The notes under the pieces were generated by a model, which saw nothing but the letters and a program-made list of their open reading frames with translations, searched no databases and was not told the DNA's origin. Both the position numbers and the translations under genes were made by a program. From positions 160,001 through 224,000 of the forward strand of contig JAVCBU010000006.1 in NCBI GenBank assembly GCA_037917685.1: 64,000 nt of DNA, in the 5' to 3' direction. Positions 39,007-49,672 of this stretch are shown piece by piece. Position 1 is the stretch's first letter. Each line of letters opens with the position of its first letter. The DNA comes from Thermoproteota archaeon. Its GTDB lineage: Archaea > Korarchaeota > Korarchaeia > Korarchaeales > JAOZGB01.

Positions 39007-39880
39007 TCCTTCTCTTAATGGTGTTCCATGGTCTAAGAGTAAATAATGCGACTGCCACGACCACAACAATCGGGGTAGCTACGTAAAATAGCGACTTTGA
39101 TCCACCTATAACCTTGAACTTAACAGAATATTCTCCAGCATGATCCGTAAAAACGTAGTACCACTCTATCATCCCATATGACTTTAGGCAATTGTTTGGG
39201 GTAACATCTATAGCGTAAAAAGTGTCCGGTGGGTACCATAGCTTCAAACTTCCTATAGTATTCGGAGGCAAAAGATCGATGATCGGTTTCAGGTCTACAA
39301 TAATAGAACTCCCTTCTTTTTTCTCAATCTTCGATAGTTCAGCTTCAATATTATATGTAACCTTAAGGACGGTTTTTGAGAGATAGCCGCTAAAACTCCC
39401 TCTAAGCTCTTTTACGTATACACTCCTAAATCTAAACTCTGCATAACCCAACACATATACTGAGCCATCAACATCCTTGACCTCTTTGTTGATGTTTGAA
39501 ACACTAGCACCTTCAGGCATATAGAGCAATCTCATAAGCTCGAAAAAGGCAACCTCGTCGAAACTGCTCAAAAATGCACGAATCTGGCCAGGTGAAAGAT
39601 TTCCCATGACCTCCGGCGTAACCCTAATCTCGTAAGTACCAGTCAGATAGTCTCCAGATAATGAAAGGTTGAAGCTTCCGTCATAAAAACATTTAGGTAA
39701 CAGACCTTTAGGCATATTCTTCTCAAAGAAAAACATTCCCACCTCTAACTTCATATCTACAGTGGCTGTTAGATCTCTATTAATGTAAATATTGATTACA
39801 GAATTCGCCTGTGCACTGCTATACAGCATAGAAGTTGCAAGGCCTACATAGAACGTGAAAAGTAGAATTTTGCTTATCAC
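38996..39880 (-). CDS. Secreted protein with C-terminal TM anchor
   Basis: Signal peptide, beta-rich body, TM plus basic tail. Confidence 0.7.
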   Translation of the reverse strand: MISKILLFTFYVGLATSMLYSSAQANSVINIYINRDLTATVDMKLEVGMFFFEKNMPKGLLPKCFYDGSFNLSLSGDYLTGTYEIRVTPEVMGNLSPGQIRAFLSSFDEVAFFELMRLLYMPEGASVSNINKEVKDVDGSVYVLGYAEFRFRSVYVKELRGSFSGYLSKTVLKVTYNIEAELSKIEKKEGSSIIVDLKPIIDLLPPNTIGSLKLWYPPDTFYAIDVTPNNCLKSYGMIEWYYVFTDHAGEYSVKFKVIGGSKSLFYVATPIVVVVAVALFTLRPWNTIKRRISR

Positions 39881-39994
39881 CTCATATCACCCTCACTTTT
39901 CCATCAGCACAAAGAAATATTAACATCAATATTCGCTATAAAGCTATCCCCTCTTTAACCTTCAACTAATAATTAGTGGCAATAAACTCTGAAG

Positions 39995-40016
39995 AGGTAG
40001 TATTAAAATACTACCT
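39995..40016. promoter_or_regulatory. Perfect 10-bp inverted repeat, putative operator
   Basis: AGGTAGTATT-AA-AATACTACCT. Confidence 0.55.
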
Positions 40017-40067
40017 TCAATTCCAAGACTTTATCAAGCAGGTCAAAGGGGTTTTACTTGGCAAGCT

Positions 40068-40163
40068 ATGAAAGAAAGCAGTATTATAGAACTTGTGGCA
40101 ATAATTTTGACTCTAATTTACCTAGTAGCGAAGATTCTCAAAATCTTAATTGGCCTTCGCTAA
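40068..40163 (+). CDS. 31-aa single-TM peptide (not in ORF track)
   Basis: MKESSIIELVAIILTLIYLVAKILKILIGLR*. Confidence 0.45.
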   Translation: MKESSIIELVAIILTLIYLVAKILKILIGLR

Positions 40164-43100
40164 ACATAGTCAAGAAGACCTGTCTGTTTTCTTTTATCAG
40201 CTAATACCCTGAAATCAACATTTAACACGTCTAAGATCTGCTCAAACGTGGATTTCATTATTTCAAGATATTTTTCAACGTCTATCTCCTCCTTTCTGGC
40301 TTGGGAAAGGGGCTTAACGCCCTCTTTGCTTTTGGTTTTGACGTATTCAACTATATCTCCAGGCATAAGTTTTCTGCCTTCATAAACTTCTATCATTTTC
40401 GCAGCCTTTACGTGTTGCGGAGTTGTCTTAACATACTGTGACAACGGCTTAGATAATACCATACGGAAGGCCATATCTTCTATATTATAATCTCCGTTCC
40501 TGATCCTTGTTATGTATTCATTTAATATCTCTAGGATGGTCTGTTTTGCCCTAACAAAGTCCTCGGAACTGTTTACCTTTCTAAGAACATCTATAACATC
40601 AGTAAATGCGTGTCTAATGAGTTCAGGAACGTTTCTTTTCTTTCCTAACAGGCCTTTTATGTCAACAGTTCCATCGTCCCTAACTCCTAGATAGTTTTTC
40701 TTTAAGCTTGAAAGCAGAACGTATCTATAATGCTTATCAACTTCTATGTCTATTCCAAGCTTTTCTTCAACTATCTTTTCAAATTTTTCAATATCGGAAT
40801 CTTTAGCATTTGCTATAAATAATGAATCTGTGTTGTGAACAAGAATTAACCCCTCTGCGTCGACAAAGTTATGTGCACCTTCAACTTCGATGTCATAAAC
40901 ATATGGATGCGTCGTGTGGACTTGCTTAACATCCTCCACTATTGCTGGTAAATATGGCTTCCTATTTATGCACACTTTCAAACCGATTTTTCCACGTTCC
41001 CAATCAAATTTTACCGAGTACGAGCATTCATTGCCTAAGTTCAAACTTTTAATTAATAGGCTTAACTCTTCCGCCTTTCTAGGCTCGTCAACCTCTATGT
41101 ACGTGCCTTCCTCAATCTTACATCCTATTCCTTCGAGAAACTTGAGCTTCGTTTCATTATCAGTTTTGTAGATCCATGGTGGGACATATTTATCATATCC
41201 ATAGAATCTCTGTATAATCGCGGTTATTTCTGGTACGTTGATCTTCACGGATGTTAACTTCGAGCCTTGCGTGTAGCGGACTGATCCTTGGGGGAAGCCA
41301 TGTAGGAATCTCTGTAAAGAGGCCAATTCTGACTTGGAAATTCCTTTAAGCACTACTTCCCCATTAGAGTTGATCATCCCGCATTTATAGTATAGCCCTA
41401 GAAGCCATGCTACGCCCTTTCTGTCTAATCCTGCGACCTCAGCCGTGAAACGCTTATCTTTTGTACTTATTGGTAACATTGAAATCGACACTAGTGCGTC
41501 CCCTCTTTTGATCAATTCAGCATTAACTAATTTGATCTTACCGTTTACCCACGCGTAAACTGAATGTTGAGGTGTTACTATAGTCCGCCCTCTGTTTGTC
41601 TTAATCTCTAACAAATATCCGGTATACCTGTGCCTTATAACTCTCCTAATAGGTGCGAATACAGGTTTACCATCAATTAGCGCCAGGGCCTTTACTTCAT
41701 TTGGAGTCTTACTGTAAAGTTCATAAAGTTTACCTATTTCTAATAGCCTAATGGTCCCATCTTTCTCGAGGACTACTATTCTTCTATCATAGGGTAGACT
41801 GTCCCCATATATCACCTTTAATCCCAATTCTTTAGCAATTTCTAATGCGGTAAGCATAGCTTTACGTCCTAAGGCTGTTATCATTTCAGCGACAGGGGGA
41901 GAGTATAATGGGAAGTTCTCGTAGCCGAAGACGCCGTAAGAAGCGTTTAACATAACTTTTAAGCTGTTTTGTACTAAGTCGTACCAACGCCTCTTCTCAG
42001 ATGGTACTTTTTTACTCTTGGCCATTTTCTTATACCATTCAACTCTTAGATCTCGTAAGCCGCCGATTAAACGGTGTATAATTCCTTTATCCAAGTATGT
42101 ACATATATGATATGGAAGATCTACTATTGGTCTATTTCTCCTACATTCAGCGTGTGAGCAGTTTATGGTTTCAAAGCTCACGTTCCATCTCTTTATTACT
42201 GATGGATAAAGGCTTGCAAAGTCCATTACCCAAACATTAAAATGTATTCCTGGGGTGGGCTCAAGAACTATAGCTCCTAGATACTTTTTACCCTTTATTA
42301 TGGCTTTTGTATGTGTTTTAGAACCCTTAATTTGCATTATCTCCTTCTTATCTGGAATAAGCCAGTTTCTTCTCCTATATTCGTTGTAGATCATGCTTTG
42401 TATCCAATAAGAAATCCCTCTGCGGCTTACATCCTCAAGAGGTAGTTTACTTAGCCTTGAGAAGAGTATCAAAAGCTTTATTAGGTTTCCTTTCAGGGCC
42501 ATGCCGAGCTTATAAGTAAGATGTGCATCTTGCAAGCAGTATATAGCTAAGATTCTCTTTGAGATCTCATTAAGGTTTGTAGTCGGGAGCTCCAGTTTTC
42601 CCTCCCCCAAAATAGCTTTAGAAACGTCGTCGAGTGTGAACCCTAAATACCGGTTCTTAAATACATATACTTGAATCGAGTGATTGCTGTATAGCTTGTA
42701 AAGATCTATATGGATGCCTGTTTCCACTGTTGTACGGTCTGTCTCAATGTTAATCGGCGAAGGCTCAATCGAAAACTTAACAGCTCTCCTTGCGAGATAT
42801 GGTAGGTCGAAGTTGTCCCCGTTATATGTAAACACCACTGGAAACTTAGATATCTCCTTTAAAACCTCACGGATAAGCTCGGATTCATCGTCGTAAGTTC
42901 TAACTTCAACCCCTTCTAGATCAACATCTCCTCCTAACAGGAAAATTTTCCTTTCCCCATATGTGTTCTCCATGGCAACTGCGACGATAGGTTTACTTGC
43001 CTCTGCAACCCGTGGAATCGTTCCCGGAGCGGCAGCAACTTCTATATCTACGGAAGTTGCTGGTAGTTCAGGGGCTTCAGTGCTAAAAACTGATATGATT

Positions 43101-43675
43101 GACTTGAGAAATCTTTTGGTTTCAGGATCTTTAGATATTCTATCGGCTATCCTAAGCTCTTCGGGTGTAACCGTAACAATGGGTTTTAAACCTTCCGGGC
43201 CTATTTCATATAAGATACCAGGGATTAGGTTTCTATCGTATATGTAACAGTTATAGTATTTTATCCTTGCTTCCCAGACGTGAAATCCAGCTTCAGAGAG
43301 GAGATCCCTGATGTTTTTACCTGTCCCACCGATTGCAAGTGGATCTCTCGTTTCAACCTTAGCAAGGTCTATCTGTTTTTCTCTTAGGACATCCCACTTT
43401 TTAACGTATTCACACCCAGTAATTCTATTGTATAATTCGCTTGGGATAGTTTTAGCGATGTCGAACTTGCTTGCATCAGTAAGCAAATATGGTTTATGAT
43501 CCGTTTCATCAAGTATCGTGAATATTTCCTTTTTTACAGGGTCGTAAAACTTTAGCTTTGCTTTCCTATGTTTTCTATCATAGTAGACAGATAGTAAATA
43601 CCCTTTCCTATGTCCGTTTCTAGAGCTACGTTTGATGTTAACTTGTATATGATTCTTTAAGAATGCATTCGACAT
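40160..43675 (-). CDS. polB: Family B DNA polymerase (PolB1 type) with one intein
   Basis: DIEV, YNGDNFD, DFASLYPS, KxxxNxxYG, YGD|TDS, KKNY. Confidence 0.95.
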   Translation of the reverse strand: MSNAFLKNHIQVNIKRSSRNGHRKGYLLSVYYDRKHRKAKLKFYDPVKKEIFTILDETDHKPYLLTDASKFDIAKTIPSELYNRITGCEYVKKWDVLREKQIDLAKVETRDPLAIGGTGKNIRDLLSEAGFHVWEARIKYYNCYIYDRNLIPGILYEIGPEGLKPIVTVTPEELRIADRISKDPETKRFLKSIISVFSTEAPELPATSVDIEVAAAPGTIPRVAEASKPIVAVAMENTYGERKIFLLGGDVDLEGVEVRTYDDESELIREVLKEISKFPVVFTYNGDNFDLPYLARRAVKFSIEPSPINIETDRTTVETGIHIDLYKLYSNHSIQVYVFKNRYLGFTLDDVSKAILGEGKLELPTTNLNEISKRILAIYCLQDAHLTYKLGMALKGNLIKLLILFSRLSKLPLEDVSRRGISYWIQSMIYNEYRRRNWLIPDKKEIMQIKGSKTHTKAIIKGKKYLGAIVLEPTPGIHFNVWVMDFASLYPSVIKRWNVSFETINCSHAECRRNRPIVDLPYHICTYLDKGIIHRLIGGLRDLRVEWYKKMAKSKKVPSEKRRWYDLVQNSLKVMLNASYGVFGYENFPLYSPPVAEMITALGRKAMLTALEIAKELGLKVIYGDSLPYDRRIVVLEKDGTIRLLEIGKLYELYSKTPNEVKALALIDGKPVFAPIRRVIRHRYTGYLLEIKTNRGRTIVTPQHSVYAWVNGKIKLVNAELIKRGDALVSISMLPISTKDKRFTAEVAGLDRKGVAWLLGLYYKCGMINSNGEVVLKGISKSELASLQRFLHGFPQGSVRYTQGSKLTSVKINVPEITAIIQRFYGYDKYVPPWIYKTDNETKLKFLEGIGCKIEEGTYIEVDEPRKAEELSLLIKSLNLGNECSYSVKFDWERGKIGLKVCINRKPYLPAIVEDVKQVHTTHPYVYDIEVEGAHNFVDAEGLILVHNTDSLFIANAKDSDIEKFEKIVEEKLGIDIEVDKHYRYVLLSSLKKNYLGVRDDGTVDIKGLLGKKRNVPELIRHAFTDVIDVLRKVNSSEDFVRAKQTILEILNEYITRIRNGDYNIEDMAFRMVLSKPLSQYVKTTPQHVKAAKMIEVYEGRKLMPGDIVEYVKTKSKEGVKPLSQARKEEIDVEKYLEIMKSTFEQILDVLNVDFRVLADKRKQTGLLDYV
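40832..41800 (-). mobile_element. Intein (323 aa) in the YGD/TDS motif, with a degenerate LAGLIDADG region
   Basis: Starts SLPYD, block B TPQH, ends YDIEV...HNF...VHN followed by T. Confidence 0.93.
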
Positions 43676-45527
43676 AGTCGTGAACCACCTTTCCGTCTAT
43701 TCTACCTCTTACTTCTTTCATTACTAGCCCCATCAAGGTATTAAACGCTTTCTTAAATTCCATTTGACTTATTTTTTCATAATTTTCTTGTATGATCCTC
43801 CGTATTATATTTTCAAGCTCTTTCTCTGTTATCTTGAGTCGCTCTGCGTATCTTCTAATATTTACTTCAGGAACCTTTACTACAGCTGCAAGCAGATCTG
43901 GAACGGCCTCTTTACCGATGATACCATCAGATACTGCCTTAAATATTTCAATTAAATGAACATCGCTAATATTTTCCACGTTTAATCCTTCTCTTGAAAG
44001 ATACTTCATGGTTTGAACCAACGTTGAACCAACAAGTGTGGGTTTAGCCCCCGTTTCCTCTATAATCTTGAAAAAGATGTGATGTTGTCCATTATCAAAT
44101 ATTTGCTCTGCTATTTCCCTGTTTACTCCTGATTCTACTATTTTCTTTAATATATCTTCAGGGTACTCGAATCTTATTGTTGAGATCTCTTTGATCAGTG
44201 ATTCGATGCTAATTGGTGGTATATCTGTCTCCGGATACATTCTGGCGGCCCCTGATATTGGTCTCATATATTTCGTGTTTCCATTTGGGAGAGCTTGCCT
44301 AGTCTCAGAAGGGATGCCCTTAAAAGCGTGCTCCAGTCTTTCACGGACTATTTCAAAGACCTTATCTACCTTTTCCTCTTCCATAAAGATTAATATGAAT
44401 GCACTATTATCACGTGGTAGCCCAACTCTTTCTTCTATTAGTCTTACCTTGTCATGGCTTATACCATATCCAGGCAACTCGTCAGAATGTATTATTCCCT
44501 TAACACCTACCGTTCTAACTATGTCCGCTATTTCCGTGCCGAATCTCCTGCCAGGTTGCAATTCCCAAGATAAAATTCCTTTAAACCCTGGAGTAGGGAT
44601 ACAGTAGGCCTTAAGTCCTCTTTTTAGGCTTCGACCTACTATCTTGGATTTAGAATCCCTGAATACATCAGTTACATCAGTATAGTAAGTGTGAAATTCT
44701 TCCTTGCTCATTCTCCTGTTAAGCTCATCCTTTATTTCGAGGAGGTTTAACTGTCTCTCTATCTCTCTCTTTACTATTAGAGGCAATAAACTTAGCTCTT
44801 GCACCCCCTTTATCTCTTGTCTCGCTCCTCCCTTAATACTTATGTTAATGTCCTGCCTTATGGTCCCAATTCCTCTTTGAACTTTCCCTGTAGCCCTTAG
44901 TAGTCTGCCGAGTTTAAGTGCGACATCTCGACACTGCTCCGGATGATGTATATCTGGTGCAGTCGCTATCTCTATTAATGGAATCCCTAACCTATCTAAT
45001 TTGTAAACCGCTGTCCCCGTTGTGCTTTCCACTATATACGCAGACTCTTCCTCCAGACATAAGGTGTTAATTCTTACGTTTCCCCATTTTGTCTTTATTA
45101 CTGAATTCTCGTTCCCTACTGCGATAAGAGCGGTCCTCTGAAATCCTGTTGTATTGCTTCCATCTATAACAACCTTACGCATAGTATGTATTTCGTCGAC
45201 TACGCTCATATTAAGCATCATTGCAACCTGTACAGCTACTTTCAGAGCCTCAGTGTTCATATCTAAAGGAGGAGACTCATCTATTTCAACCTCACATGTT
45301 GTGTCGTAATAGCCCTGGTATACAAATACTCTATTTCTAAGCTTTTCAAATTCGGCGGCGGGGTCAATTTCGCCTAGTTCGCTCATGGAAACTCTAAGTC
45401 TTCTTTTCACGGTGTACTGTGGTTCGTCCTTTCTAATAATAGAAGGACACTTACAGAAGAGCTTCCTTGTATTTAATCTTTGATGGATCTCTATTCCGAC
45501 GGTTAGGCCGAGTTCCTCATAATTCAT
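43638..45527 (-). CDS. gatE: Glu-tRNA(Gln) amidotransferase subunit E
   Basis: GIEIHQRL, IDGSNTTGFQRT, RMYPETD. Confidence 0.96.
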   Translation of the reverse strand: MNYEELGLTVGIEIHQRLNTRKLFCKCPSIIRKDEPQYTVKRRLRVSMSELGEIDPAAEFEKLRNRVFVYQGYYDTTCEVEIDESPPLDMNTEALKVAVQVAMMLNMSVVDEIHTMRKVVIDGSNTTGFQRTALIAVGNENSVIKTKWGNVRINTLCLEEESAYIVESTTGTAVYKLDRLGIPLIEIATAPDIHHPEQCRDVALKLGRLLRATGKVQRGIGTIRQDINISIKGGARQEIKGVQELSLLPLIVKREIERQLNLLEIKDELNRRMSKEEFHTYYTDVTDVFRDSKSKIVGRSLKRGLKAYCIPTPGFKGILSWELQPGRRFGTEIADIVRTVGVKGIIHSDELPGYGISHDKVRLIEERVGLPRDNSAFILIFMEEEKVDKVFEIVRERLEHAFKGIPSETRQALPNGNTKYMRPISGAARMYPETDIPPISIESLIKEISTIRFEYPEDILKKIVESGVNREIAEQIFDNGQHHIFFKIIEETGAKPTLVGSTLVQTMKYLSREGLNVENISDVHLIEIFKAVSDGIIGKEAVPDLLAAVVKVPEVNIRRYAERLKITEKELENIIRRIIQENYEKISQMEFKKAFNTLMGLVMKEVRGRIDGKVVHDYVECILKESYTS

Positions 45528-46849
45528 CTCCGACACCCTGGAGGATAGACCTCCATGCTTGTACACTCTCTTATCTCACCAACCATGTTCTGTGCCATAA
45601 GTAGTCTAATCTCATCTAAGTCTGTTGTGTGCCCCAAAATATACATTAATTTTACGAGAGCAGTTTCAGGGTGCATATCATAGGCCGGTATAGCACCTGC
45701 AGCTAGAAGCTTTCTCCCTGTGCTGTAAACCTTCATGTTTACTCTTCCGAATATGCATTGCGACGCTATAACGACGGCCACCCCTGAAGAGACTGCTTCC
45801 TCAACCTTTGGTATTATCCTGTTTGGAATATGTCCCAGCCCGGTGCCGGCTATTACTATGCCTTTATAGCCTATATTCATATAAGCATCGATAACATCAG
45901 GTTCCATCGAGGGCCATGAATATATAAGTCCAACTCTTGGCTCTAACCTCGTATCTAATTCTATTTTCCCGTCTTTTCTTTTGTTATAGTCATTTGTGAG
46001 GTATTTGATTTCCTTCTTTGTAACTACTGCTATTGGCTTATCGTTCACCGACAGAAAGGCGTCTCTTCTAGAAGTATGCATCTTTCTCGCTCTCACTCCC
46101 CGAATTACATGGCAGTACTCATCTTCTGGGGTTGCATGCATGACAATAACCGTTTCAGCGATGTTTGATTTTGCTGCGACCATTGCTGATGCTATTAAGT
46201 TTAAAACAGCGTCGCTTGACCCCCTGTCAATAGATCTTTGCGCTCCAACTAGAACTACAGGGGCCGTCTGATTTCTCAACATAAAAGATAGGGCAGCAGC
46301 AGTATAATGCATAGTATCTGTTCCATGTCCTATTATAACCCCTTTAGACCCGGAATTTATAAGTTTAGCCGTAATCTCTGCGATTTTGATCCAGTTCACT
46401 GGTGTCATATCCTCACTAAAAATACTCATTGCAGTGTAATATTCGATATCTGATATCTCCCTTAGTTCCGGTATTAAAGATTCGAGTTCATCAGGAGACT
46501 CGTAAGGTCTAACAGCTCCGGTTTCATAGTCAACCTTAGACGCTATAGTCCCCCCGGTAAACACAATAGAAATTCTCTCTTTTGAAGTAGCTCTTTTCTC
46601 AAGTTTTCTAGGCCTGGCAGGTGGAACTCCTCGGCTTAGTATTTCAATAGTAGTTTTGTCGTCTATTTTTACTCCTACATTATAACCATTGTTAAGTTTC
46701 AAAATGATGTGTCTGTCATCGAGAAGTTTAGGCCTAGGGACTAGTAGACCTTCGAAGACCGCGTTATCCTTTACAACCCTGATCCAATCGTAGTCTTTTA
46801 TCCCTAAAGCTTCCAGCCGGCTCTTAGTGTAGCCTTTATAGGATAGCAT
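45524..46849 (-). CDS. gatD: Glu-tRNA(Gln) amidotransferase subunit D
   Basis: GGTIAS, HGTDT, GAQRS.DR, KMHTSRRDAF. Confidence 0.96.
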   Translation of the reverse strand: MLSYKGYTKSRLEALGIKDYDWIRVVKDNAVFEGLLVPRPKLLDDRHIILKLNNGYNVGVKIDDKTTIEILSRGVPPARPRKLEKRATSKERISIVFTGGTIASKVDYETGAVRPYESPDELESLIPELREISDIEYYTAMSIFSEDMTPVNWIKIAEITAKLINSGSKGVIIGHGTDTMHYTAAALSFMLRNQTAPVVLVGAQRSIDRGSSDAVLNLIASAMVAAKSNIAETVIVMHATPEDEYCHVIRGVRARKMHTSRRDAFLSVNDKPIAVVTKKEIKYLTNDYNKRKDGKIELDTRLEPRVGLIYSWPSMEPDVIDAYMNIGYKGIVIAGTGLGHIPNRIIPKVEEAVSSGVAVVIASQCIFGRVNMKVYSTGRKLLAAGAIPAYDMHPETALVKLMYILGHTTDLDEIRLLMAQNMVGEIRECTSMEVYPPGCRR

Positions 46850-46922
46850 CAAGATAATATTCTATCCCTCTAAAATAAAACAATAAAACTTCAAGATGGA
46901 CGTGATAGAGAATTGAAGACTC

Positions 46923-47315
46923 TCAGTGTGCTGGCTTAAACTTATAGCCATATTGAATTATACCACTTTTTCCATCTACTGAGATTCTTCTAAACGTCAT
47001 TCTGACTTTTAGTCCTATTTTTACCTCGTCAGGGTCTATGTCGACTATCTGCCCTATAATTTTTGTTCCGTCTTTCAGCTTAATTAAACCAATTATGTAG
47101 GGGTTATGCCTCTCAAATCCCTTCGGTGGCGAATAGACTACGGTGTAACTATACACTTCACCTTCTCTAGGAAGTCTAACACGTTCAACATCGTTTGAAC
47201 CACAATTTGGACATCTTCTCCTAATAAGGGGAGTCTTATAACCACAGTTTTTGCAGATGGTCCCTTCCAACCTGTAATAATGGGGTGTGATCCTCCAATA
47301 TTTTGGAACACTCAT
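46923..47315 (-). CDS. DUF35 Zn-ribbon/OB-fold scaffold protein
   Basis: CKNCG...CPNCG, YGYKF; operon with thiolase and HMGS. Confidence 0.92.
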   Translation of the reverse strand: MSVPKYWRITPHYYRLEGTICKNCGYKTPLIRRRCPNCGSNDVERVRLPREGEVYSYTVVYSPPKGFERHNPYIIGLIKLKDGTKIIGQIVDIDPDEVKIGLKVRMTFRRISVDGKSGIIQYGYKFKPAH

Positions 47316-47316
47316 C

Positions 47317-48462
47317 CTAACTCACCTTTAACACGGTTACATAACAATTCGAAGCTAGTCCCCCAAGATTTAATGCTACACCAATTTTGGGATTATCGAG
47401 TTTAACACTGACTGGTGTACCTCGTAACTGTAGTGCTAACTCTGCAACTTGATACACCCCAGTAGCTCCAACAGGATGCCCTCTAGCTTTTAAACCACCC
47501 CCAAGGTTTGTGGGAATGGCTCCGTCGGGTTCGATGTCGCCATTTTCTAAGAGTTCTATACCTTTACCCCTCTCAGCAAGTCCTAACGCTTCCAGAGAGA
47601 GTATCCCCATTATTGTGAACGCATCATGAGCCTCCACCGTGTCTATGTCTTCTGGTCTAATATTTGCCATGTCGTATGCTCTCTTTGCTGCCAGTTTAGC
47701 GCCGGTTAGTGTCAACAAGTCTTCTCTGAGAAAGCTTTGAAATTTATCCGTGGCCATCCCTATCCCTGCTACTTCTACTGGATGACTCTCCGATTCTTCA
47801 CCGCTAAGAATGAGCGCTGCGGCTCCATCGCCCACGGGGGAACAGTCCATGAACCTTATAGGCTTTGAAATCCACTGGGATGACAGATATTTCTCCATGG
47901 TTATCTCGAATCTTAATTGTGCATAAGGGTTCTTAGTAGCATTCTTATGCATCTGGATGCTCCAAAGCCCGTAGTCTTCAGGTTTGACGTTGAATTCATA
48001 ACTATACCTTTCCATAATTAAAGCGTTCAAAGCTGTAAACGAGACTCCGTGGTAAAGCTCATATTCGGAGTCTGCAGCTGTGGCCAAAGCTCTTGTAATT
48101 CCTTCAACTGATGTTTCATCACTCATTTTTTCAACTCCGACAACGGCGACGTTTTTGAACATTCCAGATTTTATAGATATGAAGGCTGATGCTATAGCTG
48201 CGGCTCCTGAAGCGCAGGCTGCTTCAACCTTAAAGGCGGGTGTACCATAAAGGCCCGCGTAGCTTACTACCAGTGAAGCAAGATTTTCCTGGTTATTCAC
48301 TATTCCTGATAACATGTTTCCAACAAAAACAGCGTCAACGTTCTCTATTCTTGCATCGTTGAGTGCTATCCTTAACGCTTCTGATGCAAGTTCAGATATA
48401 GTTGTATCCCAGTGTTCATCTATTTTTGTCATCCCGATCCCTGTTATGTAAACATTAACCAT
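47317..48462 (-). CDS. Acetoacetyl-CoA thiolase
   Basis: EAACASG, HDAF, GHPVGATG. Confidence 0.93.
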   Translation of the reverse strand: MVNVYITGIGMTKIDEHWDTTISELASEALRIALNDARIENVDAVFVGNMLSGIVNNQENLASLVVSYAGLYGTPAFKVEAACASGAAAIASAFISIKSGMFKNVAVVGVEKMSDETSVEGITRALATAADSEYELYHGVSFTALNALIMERYSYEFNVKPEDYGLWSIQMHKNATKNPYAQLRFEITMEKYLSSQWISKPIRFMDCSPVGDGAAALILSGEESESHPVEVAGIGMATDKFQSFLREDLLTLTGAKLAAKRAYDMANIRPEDIDTVEAHDAFTIMGILSLEALGLAERGKGIELLENGDIEPDGAIPTNLGGGLKARGHPVGATGVYQVAELALQLRGTPVSVKLDNPKIGVALNLGGLASNCYVTVLKVS

Positions 48463-48468
48463 AAGGTA

Positions 48469-49536
48469 TCACCTTTCATTGAATCTAATCATACCCCTAT
48501 ATTTCAGGTATGTTGCATAATCGACTGTAACAAAGTAGTCAATGTACTCGTCTACCCTTGGAGCTAAATTCTTCTTCTCCTCTACCCCATCTTTTACTTC
48601 GATATGTAATGCGTCACTACCAGCTCCGGATCCGAAAGAGCAGAATAATATTTTATCTCCTGGTTTAGCGTTGTCAAGTACTCTAGCCAGGCCTAGTAGA
48701 GCTGACCCGCTATATGTGTTTCCAATTCTATCCACGACAATAGACTCCTTAACCTGTGCTACACTGAATCCTAATTTACATGCAACTTTAACAGGGAACT
48801 TACCGTTTGGTTGATGAAAAACAGCATAATCATAATCTTCGGGTCGGGTGCCCATCTCTTTCATTAAACGGCTGCTTGCTTCAATTATATGCTTCATGTA
48901 TGCGGGTTCTTTAGTAAACGTGCGCCCATGGGATGGATATGGTTGCTCTGCTCTTCTCCAAAAGTCTATAGTATCTGTAACATAAGAATAAGTTGCTACG
49001 ATCTCAGCGGCAAATTCGCTCTTATTTGAACCAACGATATACGCCGCTCCTCCAGCAGAGGCGGTATAATCCAAGTCATCCCCAGGCTCCCCCTGTGCGG
49101 TATCAGAGCCTATGGCCATGCCATATTCAACCATCCCTGACGATACTAGCCCTATTGTTGTTTGTAAAGCTTCAGTTCCAGCCTTACATGCGAACTCATA
49201 ATCCGCAGCTAAGACCTGTGGTGTCGCTCCAACAACTTCGGCAACTATGGTACTTCCGGGTTTTACCGCGTAAGGTTTTGATTCACTACCTACAAAGACG
49301 CAGCCTATCTTGTCAGGGGAAAGTTTGGACCTCTTTATGGCGTTTGTAGCTGCTTCGACAGCGATTGTGATCATATCCTCATCATAGGACGGCACGGATT
49401 TCATCTCAACCTGTAAGGCCTTGGCCATATTGTTCATTCCTCCATTCCAGACTCTAGCTATTTCTTCAGCTTTGAGTCTATACCGTGGTATGTACACTCC
49501 CCAACCTACTATTCCTACAGGCTTTGATGGTTTCAT
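48469..49536 (-). CDS. HMG-CoA synthase (archaeal type)
   Basis: GSESKPYAVKP, FACKAGT, FHQPN, GNTYSG, SFGSGAG. Confidence 0.95.
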   Translation of the reverse strand: MKPSKPVGIVGWGVYIPRYRLKAEEIARVWNGGMNNMAKALQVEMKSVPSYDEDMITIAVEAATNAIKRSKLSPDKIGCVFVGSESKPYAVKPGSTIVAEVVGATPQVLAADYEFACKAGTEALQTTIGLVSSGMVEYGMAIGSDTAQGEPGDDLDYTASAGGAAYIVGSNKSEFAAEIVATYSYVTDTIDFWRRAEQPYPSHGRTFTKEPAYMKHIIEASSRLMKEMGTRPEDYDYAVFHQPNGKFPVKVACKLGFSVAQVKESIVVDRIGNTYSGSALLGLARVLDNAKPGDKILFCSFGSGAGSDALHIEVKDGVEEKKNLAPRVDEYIDYFVTVDYATYLKYRGMIRFNER

Positions 49537-49672
49537 ACTATCACCATGCTTTCTGATAATAGGTGTAATAGTCTATATCGATGGGAATATTGGTGGGATC
49601 ATGACATGGTTTATGTCCGATTCAGGGTCACTAATACTCTAGCCTTTTAAATAAAAATATTTCGCTGTTCGT

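Noticed and set aside
49540-49672. Long leader before HMG-CoA synthase as a riboswitch or C/D RNA
   Set aside because: No convincing stems or correctly spaced boxes
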